Below are positions 1 to 10,011 of a stretch of 50,867 bases of DNA, piece after piece. Source of the stretch: an uncultured bacterium (lineage in GTDB: Bacteria; Schekmanbacteria; GWA2-38-11; J061); contig CAZJVM010000002.1 of NCBI GenBank assembly GCA_964549305.1, positions 47,245-98,111 on the forward strand, read 5' to 3'. Each line of letters opens with the position of its first letter. The first letter of the stretch is position 1. Both the position numbers and the translations under genes were made by a program. The notes under the pieces were generated by a model. That model was given only the letters and a program-made list of their open reading frames with translations. It was not told the origin of the DNA and ran no database searches.

Positions 1-147
1 GAAGTTATCAAGTATTCATTACTTGCCTTTGCAAAAGAAGTCCCTCCCCAGATGGCAGTTGAATACGGAAGGAGAGTTCTTTACAGCGACACGAAACCAT
101 CTTTTAAAGAACTCGAAGAGAAAGTCAGAAAAAAGAAGGCAGCTTAA
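1..147 (+). CDS. motA: Flagellar motor stator protein MotA, 3' end (partial)
   Basis: Frame 1 reads EVIKYSLLAFAKEVPPQMAVEYGRRVLYSDTKPSFKELEEKVRKKKAA*, matching the MotA C-terminal AVEfGR...PSFxELE motif; lies directly upstream of motB. Confidence 0.9.
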   Translation, partial: EVIKYSLLAFAKEVPPQMAVEYGRRVLYSDTKPSFKELEEKVRKKKAA

Positions 148-161
148 ATTTGAGATAGAAA

Positions 162-1037
162 ATGGCTGATGAAAATACTCCTATAATTGTAAAGAAAATT
201 AAAAAAGTTTCACATGGCGGCCATCACGGAGGCGCGTGGAAAGTTGCCTATGCCGATTTTATTACAGCGATGATGGCACTTTTCCTGGTTTTATGGTTAG
301 TGGCAATAATGTCCGTACAGTCAAAAAAAGGTGTAGCAGAGTATTTTAGAAGTTATTCCATTTTTAAAGGTGACAAAGCCGGTGGCGGAAAGGGAATGTC
401 AATATTGCCCGGCGATATTATAAGCGTTGGTGAAAAGGAAGACCAATCAATTAAGGAAGAGATGAGCAAGGTAAACATCGCGAATCAGATATCAGATATG
501 GTTGAAAAGGAACTTGGTGAACTGAAAAATCAGGTTCTTATTTCAGTAACTGGCGATGGTGTAAGAATGGAGTTGGTGGAAAAAATAGGAAGCCCGATGT
601 TTGAATTGGGTAAGGCAAATCTCATAGAAGTAGGAGACAAAATACTCGATGTCGTATCTGAAAGTTTAAAGAATATAAATGAAAATATTATAATCGAAGG
701 ACACACCGATTCTTACCAATATACCGATGAAGATTATACCAACTGGGAGCTTTCGGCAGACAGAGCAAATGCCGTAAGGCGGTCTTTGATAAAAAACGGA
801 ATTGATTCTGTAAAAATAGTGAAAGTGGTGAGTCTGGCAAACACTCTTCCGTTGAATAAGGACGACCCATATGACCCAATTAACAGAAGAGTGAGCATAT
901 TGATTCAAGGCAAGCCCGAGACTGCCGAGGATACAACTCCCGAAACTATTGAAATCATATCCGAGAAAGAAAAAAGCGCTTCCATTTATTCTTCAGAGGA
1001 AAATGTTTCAGAAAATTTGGCTGAAATGTCAAATTAG
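162..1037 (+). CDS. motB: Flagellar motor stator protein MotB
   Basis: HGGAWKVAYADFITAMMALFLVLW transmembrane motif with the essential Asp; OmpA-like domain IEGHTD...NWELSADRA...NRRV. Confidence 0.97.
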   Translation: MADENTPIIVKKIKKVSHGGHHGGAWKVAYADFITAMMALFLVLWLVAIMSVQSKKGVAEYFRSYSIFKGDKAGGGKGMSILPGDIISVGEKEDQSIKEEMSKVNIANQISDMVEKELGELKNQVLISVTGDGVRMELVEKIGSPMFELGKANLIEVGDKILDVVSESLKNINENIIIEGHTDSYQYTDEDYTNWELSADRANAVRRSLIKNGIDSVKIVKVVSLANTLPLNKDDPYDPINRRVSILIQGKPETAEDTTPETIEIISEKEKSASIYSSEENVSENLAEMSN

Positions 1038-1138
1038 AACAGTCCGGGATTTAACCTTCTTTTTTTCATTCCAATCAAATATACTTATTTTCGGGAGTTT
1101 CATTTAGTGGCAGTTCAATATCAGAAGATAAATTTGCT

Positions 1139-1657
1139 ATGGATAAAAACCCTGTTAAGTTTTTAAGAGATTATGTTGATTACCTTCCTAAAAAAGGAAA
1201 AACGCTTGATATTGCAATGGGAGAAGGAAGGAATGCGATTTATCTTGCCGAAAAAGGTAATGCCGTAGACGGTGTGGAGATTTCAAGTGAATCTATCAGT
1301 GCTGCGATTTCTAATGCCAAGAGAAGGGGGGTAAAGGTCAATATTTATAAATCAGATCTTGAACAAAATGGGTTTCATGCGGATGAGGAAAGTTATAACG
1401 CTATAATTTGTTTTTACTACCTTCAACGGTCATTGTTTCCGCATATCAAAAGGTGGTTGAAAAAGGGCGGTATTTTTATGTGTCAGACTTTTACCGTAGA
1501 TAATCTAAAATATCAGACCCGCCCAAGAAATCCCAATCATGTTTTAAAAGAAAATGAGTTGTTAATGTCATTTGTTGATTTTAGAGTCCACTTTTATCGG
1601 GAATGCGTGCTTGACGGTGAAACCGCGGTGGCAAGTATTATAGCCGAAAAAATATAG
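1139..1657 (+). CDS. Class I SAM-dependent methyltransferase (TehB-like)
   Basis: LDIAMGEGRNAIYLA motif I, ICFYYLQR; 172 aa. Confidence 0.85.
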   Translation: MDKNPVKFLRDYVDYLPKKGKTLDIAMGEGRNAIYLAEKGNAVDGVEISSESISAAISNAKRRGVKVNIYKSDLEQNGFHADEESYNAIICFYYLQRSLFPHIKRWLKKGGIFMCQTFTVDNLKYQTRPRNPNHVLKENELLMSFVDFRVHFYRECVLDGETAVASIIAEKI

Positions 1658-1661
1658 AATC

Positions 1662-2027
1662 TTATTTTTCTATTTCAAATTCTTTCTTTTCCCACCCCTC
1701 GAATCCTCCTTCAAGGTAAGATACATTGTTATACCCGATGGTTTTTAAAGTCTTTCCGGCAAGAATGCTTCTCGGTCCCTTTGCGCAGTATACTATTAGT
1801 TTTGATGTTTTATCGGGTATTTTCATTTCAGCGAGAAACTCAAGCATTCCTCTGGGAATAAGAATAGAGTGTTTAATTCTGCCGGTCGAATTTTCCTCTT
1901 TTTCCCGAACATCGAGAATTATGGCATTATCATCATTATTGATTAATTCATCGAGAACTTCAGATGTAACTGCTGAAACTTCAAGCTTTGCCTCTTCGAT
2001 TAATTCCATTACTGTTTTTTCACTCAT
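1662..2027 (-). CDS. Single-domain rhodanese (sulfurtransferase)
   Basis: ILDVRE...GRIKHS, active-site loop IVYCAKGPRS, LEGGFEGW. Confidence 0.9.
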   Translation of the reverse strand: MSEKTVMELIEEAKLEVSAVTSEVLDELINNDDNAIILDVREKEENSTGRIKHSILIPRGMLEFLAEMKIPDKTSKLIVYCAKGPRSILAGKTLKTIGYNNVSYLEGGFEGWEKKEFEIEK

Positions 2028-2123
2028 TAAAGTTTCTCCTTTTGATATATATATAATATTAAAATAGTTTTTGTGCTCGGATATTTTTTGTATTATCTTT
2101 TTTAATATGTAGAGGATTTTCGA

Positions 2124-2864
2124 ATGTCAAATAGTATTATACTGCAATTTTCGAATCTTGAACCTGGCGATAAAATAACAGTTTCCAAAGAAGAGATGTC
2201 TGTTATCGAAAAGCGAAAAATACGATTTGGCGAAGCTTTTACTTTTTTGGATGATGATGGAAATTACTTTAGAGGAAGGCTTCAAAAGAAAAAATCGGAA
2301 ATTTATGTGATTGTAATAGAAAAGCTTAGGATTCCCACAGAATCACACATTGATATTGTTTTGTGTCAGGCAATACCTGAAAAGGAAAGGATGGAACTTA
2401 TTATTGAAAAAGCTGTGGAGCTTGGTATAAGAAAAATAATTCCTTTCGAATCGGACAAGTCGGTAACTTTGCGGGAAAGGGAAAAAAAACAGAAAAAGTC
2501 GCATAAATGGCCAGATATTGTTTTAAAGGCATATAAACAGTGCAGGCGCAGTGAAATAACTGAAATAGCAAAATGCATCAAGTTCGATAACATAATTGAT
2601 AATATACGCGGGCAAAAAGGAAAAGTCATATTGTCAAATTATGGTTACTCTTGCAGTTTAAAGAATGCTTTAAAAAGGATAAAGCATTTTAAGGAAATAT
2701 ATTTAATGGTTGGCCCTGAAGGAGGATTCAGCAAAAGAGAAATTAATGCGGCGAAAGATATAGGATTTGTGGTTGCAAGTGCCGGAGGAAGAGTATTAAG
2801 GACAGAAACCGCCGCTATAGCCGCAATGTCTGTCATCCAATTTGAACTCGGAGATTTTAACTGA
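2124..2864 (+). CDS. rsmE: 16S rRNA m3U1498 methyltransferase RsmE
   Basis: IIEKAVELGI, KQCRR, VGPEGGFS, GRVLRTETAAI SPOUT motifs. Confidence 0.92.
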   Translation: MSNSIILQFSNLEPGDKITVSKEEMSVIEKRKIRFGEAFTFLDDDGNYFRGRLQKKKSEIYVIVIEKLRIPTESHIDIVLCQAIPEKERMELIIEKAVELGIRKIIPFESDKSVTLREREKKQKKSHKWPDIVLKAYKQCRRSEITEIAKCIKFDNIIDNIRGQKGKVILSNYGYSCSLKNALKRIKHFKEIYLMVGPEGGFSKREINAAKDIGFVVASAGGRVLRTETAAIAAMSVIQFELGDFN

Positions 2865-2906
2865 CCTTTAGTATTATCTTCATAAATCATAAAAGCGAAA
2901 AGCATA

Positions 2907-3563
2907 ATGGAGTCCGAAAACAAAATAATTATAGATCTCGATAACACCCTGTATCCCGAAGAAAAGGGGATATTCGCTCAGGTGAACTCGAGAATAAATC
3001 TCTTTATGAAGGAGAAAATGAGTTTTCCGAAAGAAGATATAAACAGAGTTAGGATTGAATATATGAATAAATACGGCACAACGTTAAGAGGTCTTATGAT
3101 TAACTATAATCTAAAGCCTGATACCTATCTTGATTATGTCCATGATGTTGAAATAGAAAGCATACTGAACTACGATTTCGGGCTTGATTCTTTTCTGTCA
3201 GAATTAAAAGGGGAAAAAGTTGTTTTTACAAACGGTTCGTCTTTTTATGCGCGAAGAATAATTCGTTCTTTGGGAGTTGAGAAGCATTTTTCTTTTGTAT
3301 TTGATATTGTCTCTATGGATTTTATTGCTAAGCCTGCAACATATGGATATGAAAAACTCTTGAGTAAGCTCAAAAACGGCAAGGGAATAAATTGTTTGTT
3401 CATTGATGACAGGATTGAAAACATTATTACGGGGAAGAAAATAGGGATGACTACCGCACTGGTAAACAGACTGGTGGATGCGAAAGATAAAATTTATGCA
3501 GATTATGTTGTCGAAAGGATAACAGATTTACAACCCCTCATAAAACCTACTCCTTTTCTTTGA
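2907..3563 (+). CDS. HAD-family pyrimidine 5'-nucleotidase
   Basis: DLDNTLY motif I, YGTTLRGL, VFTNG, AKP, FIDD. Confidence 0.88.
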   Translation: MESENKIIIDLDNTLYPEEKGIFAQVNSRINLFMKEKMSFPKEDINRVRIEYMNKYGTTLRGLMINYNLKPDTYLDYVHDVEIESILNYDFGLDSFLSELKGEKVVFTNGSSFYARRIIRSLGVEKHFSFVFDIVSMDFIAKPATYGYEKLLSKLKNGKGINCLFIDDRIENIITGKKIGMTTALVNRLVDAKDKIYADYVVERITDLQPLIKPTPFL

Positions 3564-3592
3564 CCAGTTAGATAAAGGATTATCGAAATATT

Positions 3593-4078
3593 TTATTTAA
3601 TTTTCTTTAACCCAGCGAGAATCTTTTTATAAGTTTTTTCAATATATTCCGGCATTACTTTTGTATCGGCTATGACTGGCATGAAATTTGTATCACCGTT
3701 CCAGCGGGGAACAATGTGCATGTGGATATGTCCGTCAAATCCTGCCCCTGCTGTTTTTCCCATATTAAACCCTATGTTATATCCCTGCGGATTCATAAGT
3801 TCATTCATTACGCATATAAGGCGCTTAAGAAGCTTGTACATTTCTGTGTTTTCCTCTTCCGTTAACAGCACTATGCTGTCTATATGCCTGTAGGGGGCAA
3901 TCATTATATGGCCATTATTGTACGGGTATCTGTTCATCAATGAGAAACAAAGCTCTCCTCGCTCAAGAAGAAGGTTTTTTGAATCTTTTTTTTCAGACGG
4001 AATGGCGCAAAAAATGCATTCTTCATCTCCACTATTTTCTATGTATTCTATTCTCCAGGGCGCCCATAGCGTTTTCAT
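3593..4078 (-). CDS. HIT-family protein (Ap4A phosphorylase/hydrolase-like)
   Basis: LWAPWR, CIFC, NRYPYNNGH, HIHMHIVPRW histidine triad. Confidence 0.92.
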   Translation of the reverse strand: MKTLWAPWRIEYIENSGDEECIFCAIPSEKKDSKNLLLERGELCFSLMNRYPYNNGHIMIAPYRHIDSIVLLTEEENTEMYKLLKRLICVMNELMNPQGYNIGFNMGKTAGAGFDGHIHMHIVPRWNGDTNFMPVIADTKVMPEYIEKTYKKILAGLKKIK

Positions 4079-4081
4079 AAT

Positions 4082-4516
4082 TTATCCTTTGATTATTTTT
4101 TTAAGCAATGCCTCCGCTTCTTTCATATTGGCTCGGTTTTTTTTCGAATCATGATCAAAGCCCACAATATGAAGTATTCCATGCAGAGACAAGTCACAAA
4201 TATTTTTTTCAATGCTTATATTGAACTTATATGATGTTTTTTTTACGTTATCGGCGGATATAACGATATCGCCCATTTCTTTTCCGGGGTTTATCTCCTT
4301 AAACTCTCCTTCAAGAAGAGAAAAAGAGAGCACGTCTGTCGCTCTGTCAATATTCCTGTATTTTTTGTTTAGAAGACGAATGCTTTTATCGTCAACAAAA
4401 TTAATATTAAGGTTGTAATCCATCAACTTCAGGAAACTTAAAACTTTTGAGAGATTTCTTTTAATAAATGTGGCGTTTATTTTAAAATCGCAGTTATTGA
4501 TAATATTTACAGGCAT
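4082..4516 (-). CDS. ybeY: rRNA maturation RNase YbeY
   Basis: LNKKYR...TDVLSF, GDIVIS, HGILHIVGFDH zinc motif; downstream of phoH. Confidence 0.95.
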   Translation of the reverse strand: MPVNIINNCDFKINATFIKRNLSKVLSFLKLMDYNLNINFVDDKSIRLLNKKYRNIDRATDVLSFSLLEGEFKEINPGKEMGDIVISADNVKKTSYKFNISIEKNICDLSLHGILHIVGFDHDSKKNRANMKEAEALLKKIIKG

Positions 4517-4527
4517 TGCTTAGCAGT

Positions 4528-5505
4528 TTATTTTTCGTTTTTAGACGTACCGTTATTCTCATAGGCTTTGATTATTTCTTTTACCAAATGATGACGAATC
4601 ACATCATGCTCATTGAACTCTATTACTTTTATGCCGCTAATATGTTTCAGCAAATTATTTGCTTCTACAAGTCCCGATGATTTTCCTTCAGGTAAATCAA
4701 TTTGTGTTATATCGCCGTTAACTACCACTTTTGAACTACTGCCCAGTCTGGTGAGAAACATTTTCATTTGTTCTGATGTGGTGTTTTGCGCCTCATCGAG
4801 AATAATAAAACAATTATTCAGGGTCCTGCCTCTCATAAATGCAAGCGGTGCTATTTCAATGATTTCTCTTTCTACCAGTCTTGCAGCATATTCAAAGTTA
4901 ATCATTTCGTACAATGCGTCATAGAGTGGGCGAAGATATGGGTTTACCTTTTCAAACATATCTCCGGGAAGAAACCCGAGTCTTTCGCCTGCTTCCACTG
5001 CAGGTCTTGCAAGAATGATTTTAGAAACCCTTTTTGTATTTAACAAATGGATGCCGGCAGCAACGGAAAGATATGTTTTGCCCGTCCCTGCAGGACCGAT
5101 TCCGATTACTATATCAAATTTTTTAATGGCATTTATATAGTTCTTCTGGTTTTGGCTTTTAGCGGATATAACCTTTCCTGAATTTAGCTTGATTGTTTCG
5201 TTAAGAAAATCGGAATCATTCATTTCTTTCTTCCCGTTAAGTGCTGCGTTGGTTACGGCAAGAATATTGCTGTGACTGAGTTCAATGCCGGAATTCTTGA
5301 GTTCGTAAAGCTTTTTAAAGGCAGTTGAAGCAGATATTACATCTTCTTCCCTGCCCTTCAATGTGACGCAACTTCCTCTGTAGACTATAGATATTTTATA
5401 ACAGTTTTCTAAGAGTTTTTGATTTTTGTTCAGGTTTCCAAATAATGACCTGACAAAATCCGAGTTGTTAAACTCTATCTTTTTTTCGATTAAATGTGTT
5501 TCCAA
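4528..5505 (-). CDS. phoH: PhoH-family ATPase (YbeZ-like); TTG start uncertain
   Basis: GPAGTGKTY, RPAVEAGERLGFLPG, AFMRGRTL, ILDEAQN, GDITQIDLP. Confidence 0.95.
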   Translation of the reverse strand: METHLIEKKIEFNNSDFVRSLFGNLNKNQKLLENCYKISIVYRGSCVTLKGREEDVISASTAFKKLYELKNSGIELSHSNILAVTNAALNGKKEMNDSDFLNETIKLNSGKVISAKSQNQKNYINAIKKFDIVIGIGPAGTGKTYLSVAAGIHLLNTKRVSKIILARPAVEAGERLGFLPGDMFEKVNPYLRPLYDALYEMINFEYAARLVEREIIEIAPLAFMRGRTLNNCFIILDEAQNTTSEQMKMFLTRLGSSSKVVVNGDITQIDLPEGKSSGLVEANNLLKHISGIKVIEFNEHDVIRHHLVKEIIKAYENNGTSKNEK

Positions 5506-5643
5506 ATCTACAAGGCGTTATGTTTGTCAATTTCTTATTTTTATTTAAAATATGCGTTCCTTAAAATCAGTCATAAGGAACACATACTCAATACAATAAT
5601 ATCAGTAAAAGGAATTTTTGTCATCCGGTAAGCTTGCAATTTA

Positions 5644-5673
5644 TTGAATATTTCAAAAAAAAAATATTATAAT
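5644..5673 (+). promoter_or_regulatory. Putative sigma70 promoter of the TPR lipoprotein gene
   Basis: TTGAAT-N18-TATAAT; AAGGAGG RBS precedes ATG 5756. Confidence 0.45.
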
Positions 5674-5755
5674 CCTTAAAATCTTGACACTTTACAAAAG
5701 TTATTTAATAAGATGACACTCAACCGTTTCTTAATATCAATTTAAAGGAGGCGTT

Positions 5756-6493
5756 ATGAAGAAGATAGGAAGTTTTACGGCAATTGCAGTTTTGTTGATC
5801 TTGTTGGCAGTAGGGTGCGGACCGTCTCTACCTCCGGAACAACTATATATCAATCAGTTGACGGAAGCTTTTAACGGTAAGAATTTTGCTGCCATAAAAG
5901 AGGCGGCTTCTCAGCTTGAAGGTCTTATATCAAAGGATAACCCCACTTATATGCAGTATTACAATGCCGCGCTTGGTCAGTATAAAATTGCCGATTATCT
6001 GGATTTGAATGCAGAGAGCGGAGTCGATAAAAGCGGTGATGCTGAAAAGGCATGTGATACGGCAAGGGATTATCTGAAGAAAAGCATAAAGCTGAAATCT
6101 GATTTTTATGATTCTTACTATTTGAAATATATGGTGTTAGGGAAAAAATTCGGCTATGTGGGATTTCCCCGCCTTATGAAATATGTTGGTGAAATAAGCG
6201 TTGATTTTCAAAATGCGAAAGATATCGCTCCCGATGATGCCAGAACGAAACTTCTTGAAGGTATAGCTTCTGCTAACAGTTTTCCTCAGCCGGACCCTCA
6301 GGAAACGATTGATATGATAAAAGAGGCCCTGAAAATTAACCCTGAATACTCTGATGCTTATTATCACATCGGGTTGACGGAGCTGAAAAGGAATAATAAA
6401 GAAGCAGCAGTCGAGAATTTGAATAAAGCGATTGAGCTTGACCAATATAATTTTTGGGCAAAGAAAAAGCTCGCAGAAATAAAAGGGAAATAA
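5756..6493 (+). CDS. Tetratricopeptide-repeat lipoprotein
   Basis: Lipobox LAVG|C; C-terminal TPRs (ALKINPEYSDAYYHIG...AVENLNKAIELD); strong RBS. Confidence 0.85.
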   Translation: MKKIGSFTAIAVLLILLAVGCGPSLPPEQLYINQLTEAFNGKNFAAIKEAASQLEGLISKDNPTYMQYYNAALGQYKIADYLDLNAESGVDKSGDAEKACDTARDYLKKSIKLKSDFYDSYYLKYMVLGKKFGYVGFPRLMKYVGEISVDFQNAKDIAPDDARTKLLEGIASANSFPQPDPQETIDMIKEALKINPEYSDAYYHIGLTELKRNNKEAAVENLNKAIELDQYNFWAKKKLAEIKGK

Positions 6494-6536
6494 TCGCTTT
6501 TTATTTTTTAATATTTGAATAAGAAAGTTTTTTAAA

Positions 6537-6575
6537 TAAAGATCCCCTGATATGTTTTAGGGGGTCTTTATGTTT
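6537..6575 (+). terminator. Intrinsic terminator after the TPR lipoprotein gene
   Basis: TAAAGATCCCCTGA-loop-TTAGGGGGTCTTTA stem (two G-U pairs) followed by TGTTT. Confidence 0.65.
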
Positions 6576-6627
6576 ATTGCGTTATAAATTGCATCTTAAT
6601 ACAAAAAATCTTGCCAAAACTTGTGAT

Positions 6628-8199
6628 ATGTATGTCAGTGAAATATTGTTGAAACACGTAGCTGAACGCGGTGACAAAATATTCCTTAAAGAGAAAAACA
6701 AACAATATAGTTTTTCCGTTGTGTCGGCACATGTTGTTGAAGCTGCTCAATTCATTTTGAAAAACAATTTTGAATCCGGAGACCGGATTGTTTTAATTCT
6801 TCCAAATTGTTCCGAATTTGTTTTTTTCTATTACGCCTGCGCTCTTACAGGTGTCATATGCGTTCCTGTGGATACACGATACGGCAGCAAAGAGATTTGG
6901 GAAATAATTGAAGATTGTTCCCCGAAAGGAATAATTGCCCTGTCAAAGTATAAAAACAGAGATTACATAAACATTATAAATGGAATTTTGAATGAGAGAG
7001 GTGAAAGTATTCCGGTCATTGCACTGGATAAAACAAAAATCTTTTGTGACGAAATTTCAAAGCTTCCTATGGAAAAATTGATTTCAGACTTAAAGCGATA
7101 TAGTAAAGTGCCCAATGATTTACCTTTTGTAATTATGTATACCTCAGGAAGTACGGGAAAACCTAAGGGAGTGCAGTTAAGTCAGTTAAATCTTCTTACA
7201 AATTCTAATGCTGTTATTTCAAGGCTGGAAATAACTGAAAAAGATGATTTTATTTTGATTGTTCCCTTCTCCCATGCATTCGGGTCGAGTGTGCTTTTAA
7301 ACAATGCCTTTGTTGCCGGTGCATCTATAATTGTCAGAGATACGTTTGATGCCGGTGATGTTCTTTCAATTATCCGTAATGAAGGAATTTCTTTACTTTA
7401 TGCTGTCCCGACACAAGTTGTTAAGCTTTGCGAAGAGAAGAAAAAATTAAATAGTGTTGAACTCTCTTTAAGGTCGGGTTATATTTCTGGTTCCTCTTGT
7501 ACTCCTGAGTTAATAGAGAAGCTTGAAAGTGAATTTTCCTGTTCTGCTTGTATAGCTTATGGAATGACAGAAAGTTCCTGCATCTCCATTTCATCTGTTA
7601 ATGACAGTTGTGCTATCCGCGGAAATTGTGCGGGAACTCCGGTGGAAGGGATGAGGGTTAAAATTGTCGATGATGATGACAATGAGTTAAAAATGGGAGA
7701 AGCAGGAGAAATAGTAATAAGCGGCAGTAGTCTTATGAGCAGATATTTCGAAAGCAAAGAAGTTGTTGACGGTTGGTTTCATACGGGAGATACGGGATAT
7801 ATAAGAGACGATGGAAGAGTATGTATTTTAGGGAGAAAAAAAGAATTGATAATAAGGGGCGGTTTTAATATTTATCCCGGAGAAATTGAAAGATATCTGA
7901 TGGCTAATGAATTTATTGAAATGGCTTCAGTTTTTGGTATAAGTGATAAAATTTTTGGAGAAAAAATTGTTGCATCCGTAGTCTTGTCCAAAAAAGGTGT
8001 GTTAGGCGGTGAAGATATTATTGAATATTGCAGGAAGTCGCTTGCTGTTTATAAAATACCGGATTATATAACATTTAACGAATCATTTCCTTTGACGGTA
8101 AGTTCAAAAATAAAAAAAGATAAATTGAAATCAATGGTATTAAACGAGATGAGTTCCGGTAAAAATACATTGACAATATTCGAAAAATTAAGACAATGA
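6628..8199 (+). CDS. Class I adenylate-forming enzyme (acyl-CoA ligase); ATG 6628 preferred over TTG 6577
   Basis: YTSGSTGKPKG P-loop, AYGMTE, GWFHTGDTG, GRKKELIIRGGFNIYPGEIE. Confidence 0.92.
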   Translation: MYVSEILLKHVAERGDKIFLKEKNKQYSFSVVSAHVVEAAQFILKNNFESGDRIVLILPNCSEFVFFYYACALTGVICVPVDTRYGSKEIWEIIEDCSPKGIIALSKYKNRDYINIINGILNERGESIPVIALDKTKIFCDEISKLPMEKLISDLKRYSKVPNDLPFVIMYTSGSTGKPKGVQLSQLNLLTNSNAVISRLEITEKDDFILIVPFSHAFGSSVLLNNAFVAGASIIVRDTFDAGDVLSIIRNEGISLLYAVPTQVVKLCEEKKKLNSVELSLRSGYISGSSCTPELIEKLESEFSCSACIAYGMTESSCISISSVNDSCAIRGNCAGTPVEGMRVKIVDDDDNELKMGEAGEIVISGSSLMSRYFESKEVVDGWFHTGDTGYIRDDGRVCILGRKKELIIRGGFNIYPGEIERYLMANEFIEMASVFGISDKIFGEKIVASVVLSKKGVLGGEDIIEYCRKSLAVYKIPDYITFNESFPLTVSSKIKKDKLKSMVLNEMSSGKNTLTIFEKLRQ

Positions 8200-8221
8200 G
8201 AGAAACTTTAAAGGAGGCTTT

Positions 8222-9307
8222 TTGATGATGGTGGAACGGACAATAACAAAAATTAGAAATAATCTTATTTATTCCCTGGTCATATTTATTTCATTCGGAC
8301 TGTTAGCGGGATGTAGTCAAGATGGTCCTAAACAAGGCAGTATTGTTGTTGCCACAAAAAAGAGCAACGGTGAAGGTATTGACTGCAAAGTAATAGCTTA
8401 TGCAACTGATAATCATATTGACCAGATTAGAGAAACAGTTTCCGGACTGGATATGTACCTGAAAGAGGGTGTTTACGATATAAAAATCGATTGGCGCGGA
8501 AATACGAAATGGATAAAAGGAGTCAAGGCTGAGGAAGGAAATAAATATACCAATACTGTTGTGTTCCCTTCGGGGAAGTTAATAGTGAACTCCACAAACA
8601 AAGATGAATCTGTGGCAGCGGCTTCCGTAATTATTGTTCCTGACAGAGATCCTGAAAAAGGCGTGGATGTTTCTTTGAATGAAGACGGCTATGTCACTCA
8701 GCTTTTTGTTCAAGGCGAGGCAGTCAGGCTCGGGAGTTCTCTCGAAGATGTGGAAAAGATTTTGACACCGGAGATGTTAAGGTCGCCGGTTATCAGGGAA
8801 AATGATGCAGGAACAAAGTATGAAACACGTTTTTATCGAGTGCTTGGCGCAAATGTAGATATTACTTTTGTAAAGCAAGGCGCCATTCCCTTCAAGGTTG
8901 ATGCTTTGGAATTTGAGAGGAAAGTAGGCGCAGGTATAGCAGGCGACCCTATTGAGCTTTACCCCGGGATTTATGATATTAAGGTTAACCATGAAGGTGC
9001 TGACAAGTGGGTGGATAATGTTGAAATTAAAGATTTAGAAGAGAAACAGATAGACTTGGTTTTCGAACAGGGCTGGATTTTGGTAAAAGTTACGAACAAC
9101 CCTTCAAATATGAACCTACCGGTAACGATATACCCTTCGACTGACAGAAATAATCCCATAAAGAGCGGAAGAATAGGTGAAAAAGTATCCATTGTTCCAG
9201 GTATTTATGATGTAATCATTGATTACAAGGGAAAATCACAGCAAATTATGGGACTTAATGTCAAAGACGGTAAAACGATTACTAAAACCATAAAATTACC
9301 CAGTTAG
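8222..9307 (+). CDS. Hypothetical lipoprotein with three repeated beta-sandwich-like modules
   Basis: Lipobox LLAG|C; repeats EGVYDIKI / PGIYDIKV / PGIYDVII; AAGGAGG RBS. Confidence 0.75.
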   Translation: MMMVERTITKIRNNLIYSLVIFISFGLLAGCSQDGPKQGSIVVATKKSNGEGIDCKVIAYATDNHIDQIRETVSGLDMYLKEGVYDIKIDWRGNTKWIKGVKAEEGNKYTNTVVFPSGKLIVNSTNKDESVAAASVIIVPDRDPEKGVDVSLNEDGYVTQLFVQGEAVRLGSSLEDVEKILTPEMLRSPVIRENDAGTKYETRFYRVLGANVDITFVKQGAIPFKVDALEFERKVGAGIAGDPIELYPGIYDIKVNHEGADKWVDNVEIKDLEEKQIDLVFEQGWILVKVTNNPSNMNLPVTIYPSTDRNNPIKSGRIGEKVSIVPGIYDVIIDYKGKSQQIMGLNVKDGKTITKTIKLPS

Positions 9308-9331
9308 TTTCTATAGGCAGGCACTGGAAAG

Positions 9332-9778
9332 TTGAAAGATTTTCTTAAAGCTTTTAGAGGGTATTTAAAAAGCCAAAATCTCAAATACACTTCGGAGAGA
9401 GAAACTATTGTCGAAGTCATATTTGAGACACACGATCATTTTGATGCTGATCAGCTTGAGACTGTTTTAAGAAAAAAAGACAGTAAAATTTCGAGGGCAA
9501 CCATATACAGAACCCTTGATTTACTGATTAAGAGCAAGCTTATTGTTCAGCATCAAGCAGGTTTTGGCAGGAAAATATACGAACACATTCTCGGTCACAG
9601 GCACCATGATCATCTAGTTTGTTTACGTTGTAACAGTTTTATAGAATTTGATGATGAGCGGATTGAACATCTGCAAAAAGAAGTCTGTAAAAAAAAGAAG
9701 TTCCTCCCCGAACGACATAGTCTGAAAATATTCGGTTACTGTAAAAAATGCCGAGATGCGGGTATGACTTCAAAATAA
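9332..9778 (+). CDS. fur: Fur-family transcriptional regulator
   Basis: HFDA, ISRATIYRTLDLL, HHDHLVCLRC, GYCKKC; exact subfamily (Fur/PerR/Zur) not resolved. Confidence 0.9.
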   Translation: MKDFLKAFRGYLKSQNLKYTSERETIVEVIFETHDHFDADQLETVLRKKDSKISRATIYRTLDLLIKSKLIVQHQAGFGRKIYEHILGHRHHDHLVCLRCNSFIEFDDERIEHLQKEVCKKKKFLPERHSLKIFGYCKKCRDAGMTSK

Positions 9779-9941
9779 TTAGCCAATTATTCTTATTCCA
9801 ATTCACTAAAATATCTTAGTTTTTTCACTGCTTTAGATTCTTCCAAAATTCAAGGATAGTTTTGTCTTTTAGTCGATAACATATTGGAAATATCCAGTAA
9901 ATTTTCATTTTAAAAAAAATGAAAGAAAATGAACGATGTAG

Positions 9942-9968
9942 TAAACATTATCGAAAAATTTCCGATTA
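9942..9968 (+). promoter_or_regulatory. Possible sigma28 (FliA) promoter of the GGDEF/HD-GYP operon
   Basis: TAAA-N15-TCCGATTA versus consensus TAAA-N15-GCCGATAA. Confidence 0.3.
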
Positions 9969-10011
9969 AAATCTCTATAAAAAATAATTATTATCGCAGG
10001 GGTGTATATAA

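Noticed and set aside
9775-9805. Fur box just downstream of fur (AATTATTCTTATT)
   Set aside because: Weak match in AT-rich sequence and far from the next start codon
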